A model generated the notes under the pieces. That model searched no databases, had not been told where the DNA came from, and saw only the letters and a list, made by a program, of their open reading frames with translations. The position numbers and the translations under genes were made by a program. Shown here one piece after another: positions 41,101 through 49,754 of a stretch of 64,000 bases of DNA. The number at the start of each line of letters is the position of its first letter. Position 1 is the first letter of the stretch. Origin of the DNA: a virus; IMG/VR virus record IMGVR_UViG_3300027870_000001, positions 1 to 64,000 of that record. The stretch is one strand, 5' to 3'.

Positions 41101-41638
41101 GCACCTCGCTGGCCTCGTACATCGTGTGGGTCCAAGGCCACTGGACCTGGGGCGACGAGCCCGAGCTTGAGGCGGACGTCGACCCCACCGACGCCGAGGC
41201 CGACCGGCTCCTCACCGAGTTCCCGGCCGACATGATCCGCCGGATCCAGCAGATCAACAGCGGCGCCGACCGGTCCGTCGAGAACCTCGCGGAGGTGTGG
41301 CAGATGCTCTACAAGGGCCGCACGTTCGACTGGACGAGGCCCACCGCGGACCTGATCCACGAGGTCGAGGTCGCGCTCTCGTTCTACCAAGACCCAGCCG
41401 AAGACCCCCAGGACCCCACCCCATGACCGACATGAAGCCCGACGCTCGCCAGCTCGGCGTGTTCCTCATCACGACGACGGCAATCGTCGCGATCGTGATC
41501 TGTTTGACCGGTGTGACCCACCGCGTCCGCGCCGACGGCGACCGCGAGGAACGTGAGCGCACCGAGGCGATCCACGCCTGCAACCAGTTCGAGTCCCCGG
41601 AGGCTCGGCTCGGGTGCCTAGCGATCCTCACCAAGTGA
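38173..41638 (+). other. Operon of hypothetical genes (38173-38916, 38913-39272, 39269-39655, 39652-39942, 39939-40316, 40309-40923, 40920-41426, 41423-41638)
   Basis: Chain of coupled ORFs; the last two have membrane segments. Confidence 0.6.
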
Positions 41639-42150
41639 GCGCCGTGCTGTCGGCCGATGGCCGCTACCGGTACCGGCTCACCCGCCACCTGGAGCCCACG
41701 CTCGACACGATCCCCGGCAAGACCGTCGTGTTCGTCATGCTCAACCCGTCCACCGCAGACGCCGAGCTCAACGACCCGACCACCACGAGGTGCATCGGGT
41801 ACGCGGCACGGGAGCACGCCGAGTGGCTCCACCTCGTGAACCTGTACGCCTACCGGACCCCTCACCCGAAGGTGCTCGCCGCCGCTCACCGCGACGGCGT
41901 GAACATCGTCGGCAACCCTGATGCTGACCGGCACCTCGGAGACGTGCTGTCGGAGGCTGGCAGCGGGCTGACGGTGATCGCCGGCTGGGGCAACCGGCCC
42001 GCCGGGATCCCTGAGCCGTTCCACCGGGCGGTCGAGTTCGCGATGCTCGACCGGGTCGGTCCGACGGTCGCGCTCAAGGTCACCGGTCAGGGTGCCCCGT
42101 GGCATCCGCTGTACCTGGCCGCTGACCTGCCGCTCCTCCCGTACACCTGA
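41635..42150 (+). CDS. DUF1643 family protein
   Basis: SADGRYRYRLTR, FVMLNPSTAD...DPT, VNLYAYR, HPLY. Confidence 0.85.
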   Translation: MSAVLSADGRYRYRLTRHLEPTLDTIPGKTVVFVMLNPSTADAELNDPTTTRCIGYAAREHAEWLHLVNLYAYRTPHPKVLAAAHRDGVNIVGNPDADRHLGDVLSEAGSGLTVIAGWGNRPAGIPEPFHRAVEFAMLDRVGPTVALKVTGQGAPWHPLYLAADLPLLPYT

Positions 42151-42153
42151 CCG

Positions 42154-42176
42154 ACTGTCGCCGGAACAGGTAGCAT
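42154..42176 (+). promoter_or_regulatory. Variant dyad promoter element (-10 TAGCAT) driving a small RNA
   Basis: ACTGTCGCCGGAACAGGTAGCAT. Confidence 0.65.
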
Positions 42177-42180
42177 CGGA

Positions 42181-42277
42181 GAGCTGGTGGGAGTGAGTGA
42201 ACAACTGCCCGCCCGTGGAGACACTGGCATCCCAGCCCGCAAGGGGTTGGAGTGGACAGCACTACTCCCGCCAGCTC
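42181..42277 (+). ncRNA. Putative structured small RNA (~97 nt)
   Basis: Ends pair (GAGCTGGTGGGAGT-G-AGTG with CACT-ACTCCCGCCAGCTC); two inner hairpins with GAGA and GCAA tetraloops; own promoter and terminator. Confidence 0.65.
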
Positions 42278-42290
42278 ACCCCAGGAACGA

Positions 42291-42326
42291 CGAAGGCCCC
42301 GGGGGTCGCACGGTCCGGGGCCTTCG
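42291..42326. terminator. Hairpin terminator between convergent units
   Basis: CGAAGGCCCCGG/CCGGGGCCTTCG 12-bp stem. Confidence 0.7.
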
Positions 42327-42357
42327 GTCGATGTCCGCTGTGGACGGTAGCTGGCGG

Positions 42358-42927
42358 CTACCTCCAGTTGTGGGGACCTTGCCCGGTCCGGTAGTTGTCG
42401 ACGCCGCGGTTCCACAGCCACGCCCCGCACGAAACTTGGGCAGCGGGCCCGACATGGTCGAGGGTCGTGTTGTACCCGCACTTCCGGGCCCAGCCGAGGA
42501 GCATCCCGTAGTACCCGGCGGCGGTCGACGCCGAGTTGCGGACCCACCACCGGAACCGGGACTCACGCCACGCGATGTAGCAGGTCGGGCGGTCGCGGCC
42601 GTTGCACACCTCCAGGCCGTCGATCCAGCACGACGACGAGTACCGGGTGCATGGCTGGTTGCGGATCTCCGCAGCGTGCGCGACGGCGGCGGCGAAGGCG
42701 ACGAGCCGGGCGTAGTCGGCCTGACGGTTGAGCTCGGTGTACCACGTCCAGACGTCGATCTCGTGTTGGGTCGGGGCCTTCGCCACTGGTCGGCTGGCGG
42801 GGGCGGTGGCCGCGACGTGGACGGTCTGGGCGGCGCCCGGTGGGGGTTGGCACCCGACGAGCGCGGTGAGGGTGATGGCTGCCGTGAGTGCCACGACAGC
42901 GAGGTGTCTGATGGTTGGTTTCAGCAT
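42358..42927 (-). CDS. Secreted (lipo)protein with lysozyme-like/transglycosylase (Rpf/SLT-like) domain
   Basis: Signal peptide with LVGC lipobox; IAWRES...NSASTAAGYYGML...W. Confidence 0.6.
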   Translation of the reverse strand: MLKPTIRHLAVVALTAAITLTALVGCQPPPGAAQTVHVAATAPASRPVAKAPTQHEIDVWTWYTELNRQADYARLVAFAAAVAHAAEIRNQPCTRYSSSCWIDGLEVCNGRDRPTCYIAWRESRFRWWVRNSASTAAGYYGMLLGWARKCGYNTTLDHVGPAAQVSCGAWLWNRGVDNYRTGQGPHNWR

Positions 42928-42933
42928 CCCGAA

Positions 42934-43024
42934 AGGTTACGGGACCGTTACAGTCGGGATCAACTGTCGGCCGTGAAGCGACAGTCCCGGCGTCCTTGCC
43001 CAACTGTCTCGGATCGGCTACAGT
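42934..43024. promoter_or_regulatory. Divergent control region with three dyad elements
   Basis: Minus strand ACTGTAACGGTCCCGTAACCT (42954-42934) before ATG 42927; palindrome ACTGTCG-N9-CGACAGT (42963-42985); plus strand TTGCCC and ACTGTCTCGGATCGGCTACAGT (43003-43024) before ATG 43033. Confidence 0.8.
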
Positions 43025-43032
43025 CGCACGGC

Positions 43033-44607
43033 ATGGAAGCACCCACAGCACCCCCGACGTCACCCCTCGACGTCACCACCATGATCCCAGCACAACGCGA
43101 CGCCGAGATCGTCCGCCTCCAAGCCGAGACGTTCGACCACAGCGGCCACGTCTACGCCGGGCTCCCCACCTCCAGGCGACGTGCCCTCGTCAACCGGATC
43201 AACGCGCTCCGCAAGGCGAACGGCTGGTCCCCGATCAACATGAAGGGCCGCATCCGATGACCACCTACCAGATCATCGACGGCGGCAGCGTCGTCCAGTC
43301 GGTCGACGTGCTCTCCCTCACTGACCAGGAAGTGGCCGACGGCGTCGAGCTGGTCCTGGTCGAAGGGCTCCCCGCCAACGTGGCCGCGGCCTACCACCGG
43401 CGCCGCCTCCACTACAACCCCGAGGACCGGAACCGGGTCACCGTCGCCGCTACCGAGACGACCAACGTCACTCCACCGAACCTCGACCCGAACCCCGACG
43501 CCAGGTACTTCGCCGTGCTCGTCGAGGTGTCGAAGGAAGGCCACTGGCAGGAGCCGTACGGTCTGTCCCGACGCCGCAACGACGGCACCGCCCGCCCGTT
43601 CGGAGGCGAGTGGGGGCTGCTCTCCAAGTGGGAAGCGGAACGGCTCCGCGACGCCTTCAACGCCGACGCCGTCACGGCCGGCCCTGACGCTGACCTCGTG
43701 TGCACCGCCCGGGTGGTCGAGTTCTGCCGCTGGGACCAAGACCCCGAGTGGCCTGAGGAGTGGGCATGACCTCCACCGGTGGCCCCAACGACGGGGCCGA
43801 ACACGACCGTCAGCTCCCGACTCTGCACCCGGTCCGCGACGGCCAACCGGTCGCCCCCGCCTACCGGTGCTCGGTGTGCCTGGTCGACGCCGAGGACCAC
43901 CGGTTCGCGGCGTGCCGCGGTGGCCACTGGGCTGAGGTCCGACCCGACGGATCCAGGATCCCTCGCAACCCCGGCGACCGGCACGACGCGATGGAACGCC
44001 ACCCGTGGTGGCCGCTCCTGGAGCTGCTCACCTTCCACCCCGAGCTGCCCGTCCCGCAGCACTTCGACCTCGTGCTCCGCGGCCCCGACCAGCACCTCGC
44101 CTGGCTCGTCGGCTGCACCGAGATCGACCTGGCCCATGGCAACGGCCGCAACCCGGGCCCGGGCTACGCCTGGGTGACCCGCCAGTTCGGGGACACCACG
44201 GTGATGGCCATGTTCGACACCGTGTACCTCGGGGAGTGGGACTACGACCGAAGCGTGCTGCTCCTCGGGTCGGTCGATCAGGTCCGCGATAGGCTCCGCA
44301 CGGCCATGGCCAAGACCGGGGAGGGATCGTGACCGACCTCACCCAAGACCGGCCGGCGTCCCCGGTCGCCCAAGCCGTCGACCTGCTGATTGCCGCGGGG
44401 ATCCCCCCGGAGCGGCTGCGCGACCGGTACCACACCGACCCCGAGTTCCACCTCGTGGTGTTCCTCCTCGCCCGGCTGCTCCAGCGGGCCAACGATGCCG
44501 GGATCGACCTCCTCACCGAGGACGAGGAGGCAGCGGCCGCGGTGGTCGCGCGAATGCGCCGGGTCGCCGCGCTCACCACGGCCACCCCGACCAGGGCCGT
44601 CCTGTGA
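43033..44607 (+). other. Operon of hypothetical genes (43033-43260, 43257-43769, 43766-44332, 44329-44607)
   Basis: Leaderless first gene (MEAP start), then coupled ORFs. Confidence 0.6.
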
Positions 44608-45110
44608 GCGCCTCCGAGGTGCCCGCCGGCACCGTGCACCCGGCCGGCATGACGGCCTGTCAGGCGTGCCCGTGGCGCACCGCGAACCACGGCCAACGCA
44701 ACGCGGGAGGCTGGTACACGAAGGCCAACCTGCGTCGCCTGTGGGCGAAGCTCCGCCAGGGCGACTCGATGTCGTGCCATCCGACGGACCCGCGCATGAA
44801 CGACGACCCGGGGATGCCCCGCCCGGTCCCCGAAGGGACGGTGCTGCGCGAGTGCGCCGGGTCGCTGGTGCTCATCGAGCGTGAGGCCAACCGGTTCGAG
44901 GAGATCGTCAAGGCGGGCGGGTCGCTCGCTGACTACCGGCGTGCTCACCCGATGGGCCTCACCCGTGACGGGATCCTGTCGATCGTGGGCCGGTCGTTCT
45001 CTGCGGTGCCGATCATCGGTGACGGGCGTCCGAAGATGACGGCGGTGGACGTCGATGATCCGGCGGTCGGGTACGAGCGCCTGGTGCCGTGGGAGCCCAA
45101 GACCGACTGA
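44604..45110 (+). CDS. Cys-rich protein (DUF6283-like)
   Basis: CQACPWR...MSCH...ECAGSL. Confidence 0.5.
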   Translation: MSASEVPAGTVHPAGMTACQACPWRTANHGQRNAGGWYTKANLRRLWAKLRQGDSMSCHPTDPRMNDDPGMPRPVPEGTVLRECAGSLVLIEREANRFEEIVKAGGSLADYRRAHPMGLTRDGILSIVGRSFSAVPIIGDGRPKMTAVDVDDPAVGYERLVPWEPKTD

Positions 45111-45119
45111 CGTTGCGTC

Positions 45120-45142
45120 ACTGTCTCACGTCGTGCTACAGT
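45120..45142 (+). promoter_or_regulatory. Dyad promoter element, -35 TTGCGT, leaderless ATG 45150
   Basis: ACTGTCTCACGTCGTGCTACAGT. Confidence 0.9.
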
Positions 45143-45149
45143 GACAGGC

Positions 45150-46836
45150 ATGACGAACCCTCCCTCGACCGCCTCCCTCGCCCAACTCCGCGACGGCACC
45201 GCAACCGACCGCAGCTACGGCGCCCCCTGGGTCACCCTCAACGCGCTCGCCGCCGACCTCGACGCCGTCCTCATGGAGATCGACTTCGACCACGTCACCT
45301 GGCGCAACCCCGACGGCGACAACTTCGGCCCCGAAGCCGGCGTCATCGCCCTCGGCAAAGGCAAGCGCACCGTCGCCCGAGCCCGCATGACCGACGGCCA
45401 CGCCGACGCCCGCCTCCGCCTCACCGACTGACCCACCAACCCCAACGAAAGGCCCTGCCCCATGACCACCACCACCGACCCCGAGACGATCGACGTAGCT
45501 GGCCTCTCCGCCGCCATCGTCGGCAACACCCCCACCGACTTCGAGTACGACGACGAGAAGTGGCCCGAGAGCTGGGACTACGTCCCCGTGGTCCGCTGCG
45601 AACACTGCCGGGCGGTGATCATCGACACCGACGACCACCTGTCCACCATCGTCGACGAGAACGGCACCCCGGTCCTCCGAGACGGCGCCGAGGTCCACGC
45701 CACCGAGGCCGACAAGGACGACTGGGACCTGGCCGACGGCGAGGAGTGGGACGACTGCGACGCCGCCGACCAGGATGCCAGCGACCTCGATGCCGGCGGG
45801 CCGTGGATGAACTACTGGTACCCGGCGTGGCTCCGCTTCGGGGAGACGGCCGAGGATCTGGCGCGAGCCACGGTCGACTCGGTCCTCGTGGTCGTCACCC
45901 GGAACGATGGCGATGAGGTCGGGTTCGCGCTCGGCGGTGGCGGCATGGACCTCTCGTGGGAAATCTGCGAGGGCTACATGTCGGCCGGGCTCCTGCCGCC
46001 GTTCACCTTCTGCGACCTGCCCGCCATGGGCGGTCTGTCCGCGACCCCGAAGACCCTGGCGGTCATCGCCGCTTGCAAGCGCACGGCCGAGTGCATCGCT
46101 GACCGGGCCCGGTACACGACGGACCGCCTCGACCGGTTGCAGGCCGACCTGCGGCCGGTCACCGAGGAGGGCTGATGGGCTTCGCCTCGGACGACACGCT
46201 CGCTGCGATCGACATGAAGGTCGAGGAGCTGATCGACGCCGCCCAGACCGCGGCCCGTCGCTACAGCATCCCGGCCCGCTGGCCTCGCCTCGCCGCGGTG
46301 GTCGACGGGTTCCAGGTCACCGCCGAGATCGACCCGGACGGCGAGGTCGAGAACGACCGCTGGGTCGACCTCACCTCCTACTGGGCCGAGGCGGTCGGGC
46401 CCGACGGGATCGTGCACCGCGGCCGGTTCAGCGGCGGCGAAGTCACCTGGGGTGCCGAGTGAAGCCGTCGGTGTGCCCGCTCTGTGGACGCAAGTTCGGG
46501 TCCGAGATCATCTGCCTCGGCCACGCCACCTCCGAGCACGGTCCGCGCGAGATCCTCGCCAAGCTCCGTGAGGTGCTCGACCCGGTGCCCCACCAGCTCG
46601 CCGGCCGCTGGACGACCGAAGGCGGCGCCGAGGCGTGGGTCGACGGGGTCCTCATGCTCACGGCCCCCGAGCCCGGCGTGTCGTACATGGTCGCGATCGA
46701 CCGGTCGGTCCACGTGTGGCTGATCTGGCACCCGGACACGGGCGGGCTCATGGCCACCACTCACGGGTCGGTGCTCGCCCGCACCACCTACGAGCTGCCC
46801 GAGCCCGACCGGATCTACCGGTTCACTGAGGCGTGA
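45150..46836 (+). other. Operon of hypothetical genes (45150-45431, 45462-46175, 46175-46462, 46459-46836)
   Basis: Coupled ORFs; 45462-46175 carries ALGGGGMDLSWEI. Confidence 0.6.
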
Positions 46837-46858
46837 CTGTCGCCGGATCGGCTACAGT
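46836..46858 (+). promoter_or_regulatory. Dyad promoter element, leaderless ATG 46865
   Basis: ACTGTCGCCGGATCGGCTACAGT. Confidence 0.88.
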
Positions 46859-46864
46859 CTGACC

Positions 46865-48232
46865 ATGGCACGAACCCCAACATCAACGCCGGCCCAGTTC
46901 GGTCCCGTCGACTTCGACGACGACGACTTCCCCGACCGGCCGGTCCATCACCTCCACCACGTCGCGATCACCAACATCAAAGGGATCCGCGGCGCGTCGG
47001 TCACGATCGAGGACGGCACCCTCACGATCGTCTCCGGCGCGAACGGCCAGGGCAAGTCGTCGTTCGTCGACGCGATCTTCTACGCCCTGCTCGGCGGCAA
47101 AGCCCTCAAGGGCACCGCCCACCCGGTCACCAAGGGCGAGGAGAAAGGCCGGGTCGAGCTGACGTTCACCGTCGGAGACGGCCCCGAGCAGATCCTCGTC
47201 ACCAAGTCGTGGACGAAGGGCGGCGCCGACTCCACCCTGGAGATCCGCAACAGCGACGGGTACACGACGAAGTCGCCGCAGAAGGTGCTCGACTCGATGC
47301 TCGGCGCCCGCGCTCTGGACCCGTTGGCGTTCATGAACCTCACCGACTCGCAGCAGGTCGAGGACTTCCTGTCGATGATCGAGGTCGACGTCGACCTCGA
47401 CGACCTCGACGCCGACGAGGAGAGGGCCCGCCAGTTGCGTGGCGACGTCGGCCGCGACCTGCGCGCGATGCGGGCCCGGTGCGACGCCATGCCAGAACCG
47501 TTCGACGGGCTCCCCCCAGAACCGATCGCGATCACCGACCTGATCGCTGAGGAGGAGAAAGCACGGGCCCACAACGACAAGATCGACCACACCCTGGAGG
47601 TCGCCGCCCAGACCGACGGCCTGGCCCTCGCTGCCCGTTCCCTCGTCGAACGGCTCACGGCCGAGCTGGAAGCCGCTGAGGAGGCTCTCGTGCGGGCTGA
47701 CGCCACCGCCGCCCGCGCCGCCGAAGACGCGCAACTGGTCCCGGCCCGGATCGACATCGACGAGATCCGTGGCCGCATGGCCGACGTCGACGTCATCAAC
47801 GAACAGGTCCGTGCCGCGAAGTCCCGGCAGGACGCCCTGAACGAGCTGGCCCAGTTGGAGCGCCGGCACCGTGACCTGGAGGAGACGATCGCTGGGATCC
47901 TCGCCACGAAGGAGGAGGCGATCGCCGCGGCGGACATGCCGATCGACGGGCTCACCTTCGCATCCAAGAAGGAGGGCCTCGTCTACCAGGGGACCGCGTT
48001 GAAGGACTGCTCCGCTGCCGAGCAGCGCCTCGTCGCCTGCTCCCTCGCCATGGCCGGTGACCCGCAGATCCGGTTGATCTCCGTCGAGGATGGGTCGCTC
48101 CTCGACTCCGCCGCGCTCGCCCAGTTGGAGGAGATCGCCGCGGCCCGCGACTTCCACGTCCTGATCGAGATCGTCGACGAGTCCGGCGAAGCCGGGATCG
48201 TGTTCCGCAACGGAGAGGTCGTCCCGTCGTGA
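46865..48232 (+). CDS. SMC/RecF-like AAA ATPase
   Basis: NIKGIR, GANGQGKSS, central coiled coil, CSAAEQ, VEDGSLLD. Confidence 0.85.
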   Translation: MARTPTSTPAQFGPVDFDDDDFPDRPVHHLHHVAITNIKGIRGASVTIEDGTLTIVSGANGQGKSSFVDAIFYALLGGKALKGTAHPVTKGEEKGRVELTFTVGDGPEQILVTKSWTKGGADSTLEIRNSDGYTTKSPQKVLDSMLGARALDPLAFMNLTDSQQVEDFLSMIEVDVDLDDLDADEERARQLRGDVGRDLRAMRARCDAMPEPFDGLPPEPIAITDLIAEEEKARAHNDKIDHTLEVAAQTDGLALAARSLVERLTAELEAAEEALVRADATAARAAEDAQLVPARIDIDEIRGRMADVDVINEQVRAAKSRQDALNELAQLERRHRDLEETIAGILATKEEAIAAADMPIDGLTFASKKEGLVYQGTALKDCSAAEQRLVACSLAMAGDPQIRLISVEDGSLLDSAALAQLEEIAAARDFHVLIEIVDESGEAGIVFRNGEVVPS

Positions 48233-48948
48233 GCGGCCAGAGCCCATGGGACGGGCCGCTCCCTCCGGTCGTCGACGAGCACCGGCCCGAGGTCCCGGCC
48301 GAACCCAACCACGCACGGCAGAGCGTCGCCACGGCCGTGATCCGCCAGTACGCCGAAGGCAACGTCGACCTCGTACGGGTCCTGCGCCGGCTCCTGGACG
48401 ACGGCTACGAGATCCCGACCCTGACCTCACCAGCGGACGCGCCGCCGTTGGAGGTCGCCAACGAGCTGCTCGACTACGTGCTCCCGGCCAACGGGTTCCC
48501 GGCCGGGTCGACCCGGATCCTCGGCCCCGCACGACACGCCCCCGACCTGATCGTCCCGGGCGCGAACGGCCCTATCCCCGGCGACCGGCCCGTCGCGGCT
48601 GCGGGTGGCGCGTGCCCTCCGGCCCCCGACATGTTCGACTTCTTCAAGCTCCCCGAGCCGCCGGTCATCCCCGCTGACCCGGTCGAGCTGATCGCCTACT
48701 GGAGGAACGAGGCGGCGAACTGGCGCCAGGCTGCCCGGCGCCTCAAGGGCTCCAAACACAAGAGCGACCGGAACCGCCGCCGCCGGTACAAGGCCATGGC
48801 CTCCCAACTCGACGCGTGCGCCCGCGAACTGGAGAAGTGCCTCGCTGGCGGCGGGCCGATGACCCTCCTCGACTACTGGACGCCCCTCTCCCCGACGTGG
48901 GGCGGGATCAAGTTCATCCAGCCCCCGCCCCTGGACCCGGAGCCGTGA
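48229..48948 (+). CDS. Hypothetical protein
   Basis: GTGA coupling. Confidence 0.55.
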   Translation: MSGQSPWDGPLPPVVDEHRPEVPAEPNHARQSVATAVIRQYAEGNVDLVRVLRRLLDDGYEIPTLTSPADAPPLEVANELLDYVLPANGFPAGSTRILGPARHAPDLIVPGANGPIPGDRPVAAAGGACPPAPDMFDFFKLPEPPVIPADPVELIAYWRNEAANWRQAARRLKGSKHKSDRNRRRRYKAMASQLDACARELEKCLAGGGPMTLLDYWTPLSPTWGGIKFIQPPPLDPEP

Positions 48949-49132
48949 ACGCCCTCTGGCCATGGCTGACCGTCGGCTTGCTCCTCTTTCTCGCCGGGTC
49001 AATCATGGACGAAGCGTTCAACGCCCCGATCGGATCGTGGCTGTTCAGCATGGCCTCGATCGGATGCTGGTGGCAGGCCGGGCGCATCCTCTGGCGGATC
49101 CACAACGACCCACCCCAACCAGGAGCCCCAAC

Positions 49133-49537
49133 ATGACCGACCTGCCCCGCAACGCCCGGATCGTGATCGGAGGCCACCCCCGCACCGGGAAGACCACCCA
49201 CGGCAACCAGCTCGCCGCCGCCCTCGGCGTGACCTGCCAGCACACCGACGACCTGATCGACCTCGGCTGGTCCGAAGCGTCCGCCGCCGCAGCCGAGTGG
49301 ATGACCAAGCCCGGCCCGTGGGTGATCGAAGGCATGGCCGCGGCCCGCGCGCTACGCAAGGTCCCCGAGTCGGAGCACGGCCCATGCGACCTGCTCATCT
49401 GGTTGACCGACCCGTTCGAGCCGCTCACCAAAGGGCAGCTCGCGATGGGCAAGGGCGCGGACACGGTCCTCGCGGGGATCGTCGACGCCCTCGACGACGC
49501 GCAGGTCCAGGTACGGTCCAGGCCGCTCGACCTGTGA
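49133..49537 (+). CDS. Small P-loop (nucleotide kinase-like) protein
   Basis: GGHPRTGKTT, HTDDL, WVIEG. Confidence 0.7.
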   Translation: MTDLPRNARIVIGGHPRTGKTTHGNQLAAALGVTCQHTDDLIDLGWSEASAAAAEWMTKPGPWVIEGMAAARALRKVPESEHGPCDLLIWLTDPFEPLTKGQLAMGKGADTVLAGIVDALDDAQVQVRSRPLDL

Positions 49538-49754
49538 AGGCGTTGGCCGTGATCGACGACGACGGCATGGTCGTCGCCTGGTCCGAGTCGTCCCTCGGCT
49601 GCTACCGCAAGATCGCTGACGCCGACGACAACGGGGTCACCTGGCAACAGATCCGCACTCTCCACGAGGCCGGCGACCCGTTGACGGTCACCGTGCTCGA
49701 CCACCCAACCACCTACCGGATCGTTCCCCGATCCGAGATCGAGGACCACCAACC

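Noticed and set aside
41586-41600. GTTCGAGTCCC as a tRNA T-arm
   Set aside because: Lies in a coding frame with no cloverleaf around it; no tRNA genes were found in the window
42181-42277. Y RNA or TnpB omega-RNA remnant (GCCCGTGGAGAC)
   Set aside because: No Ro60-binding GGUCCGA/bulged-C helix; no tnpA/tnpB gene or other IS200/605 end features nearby
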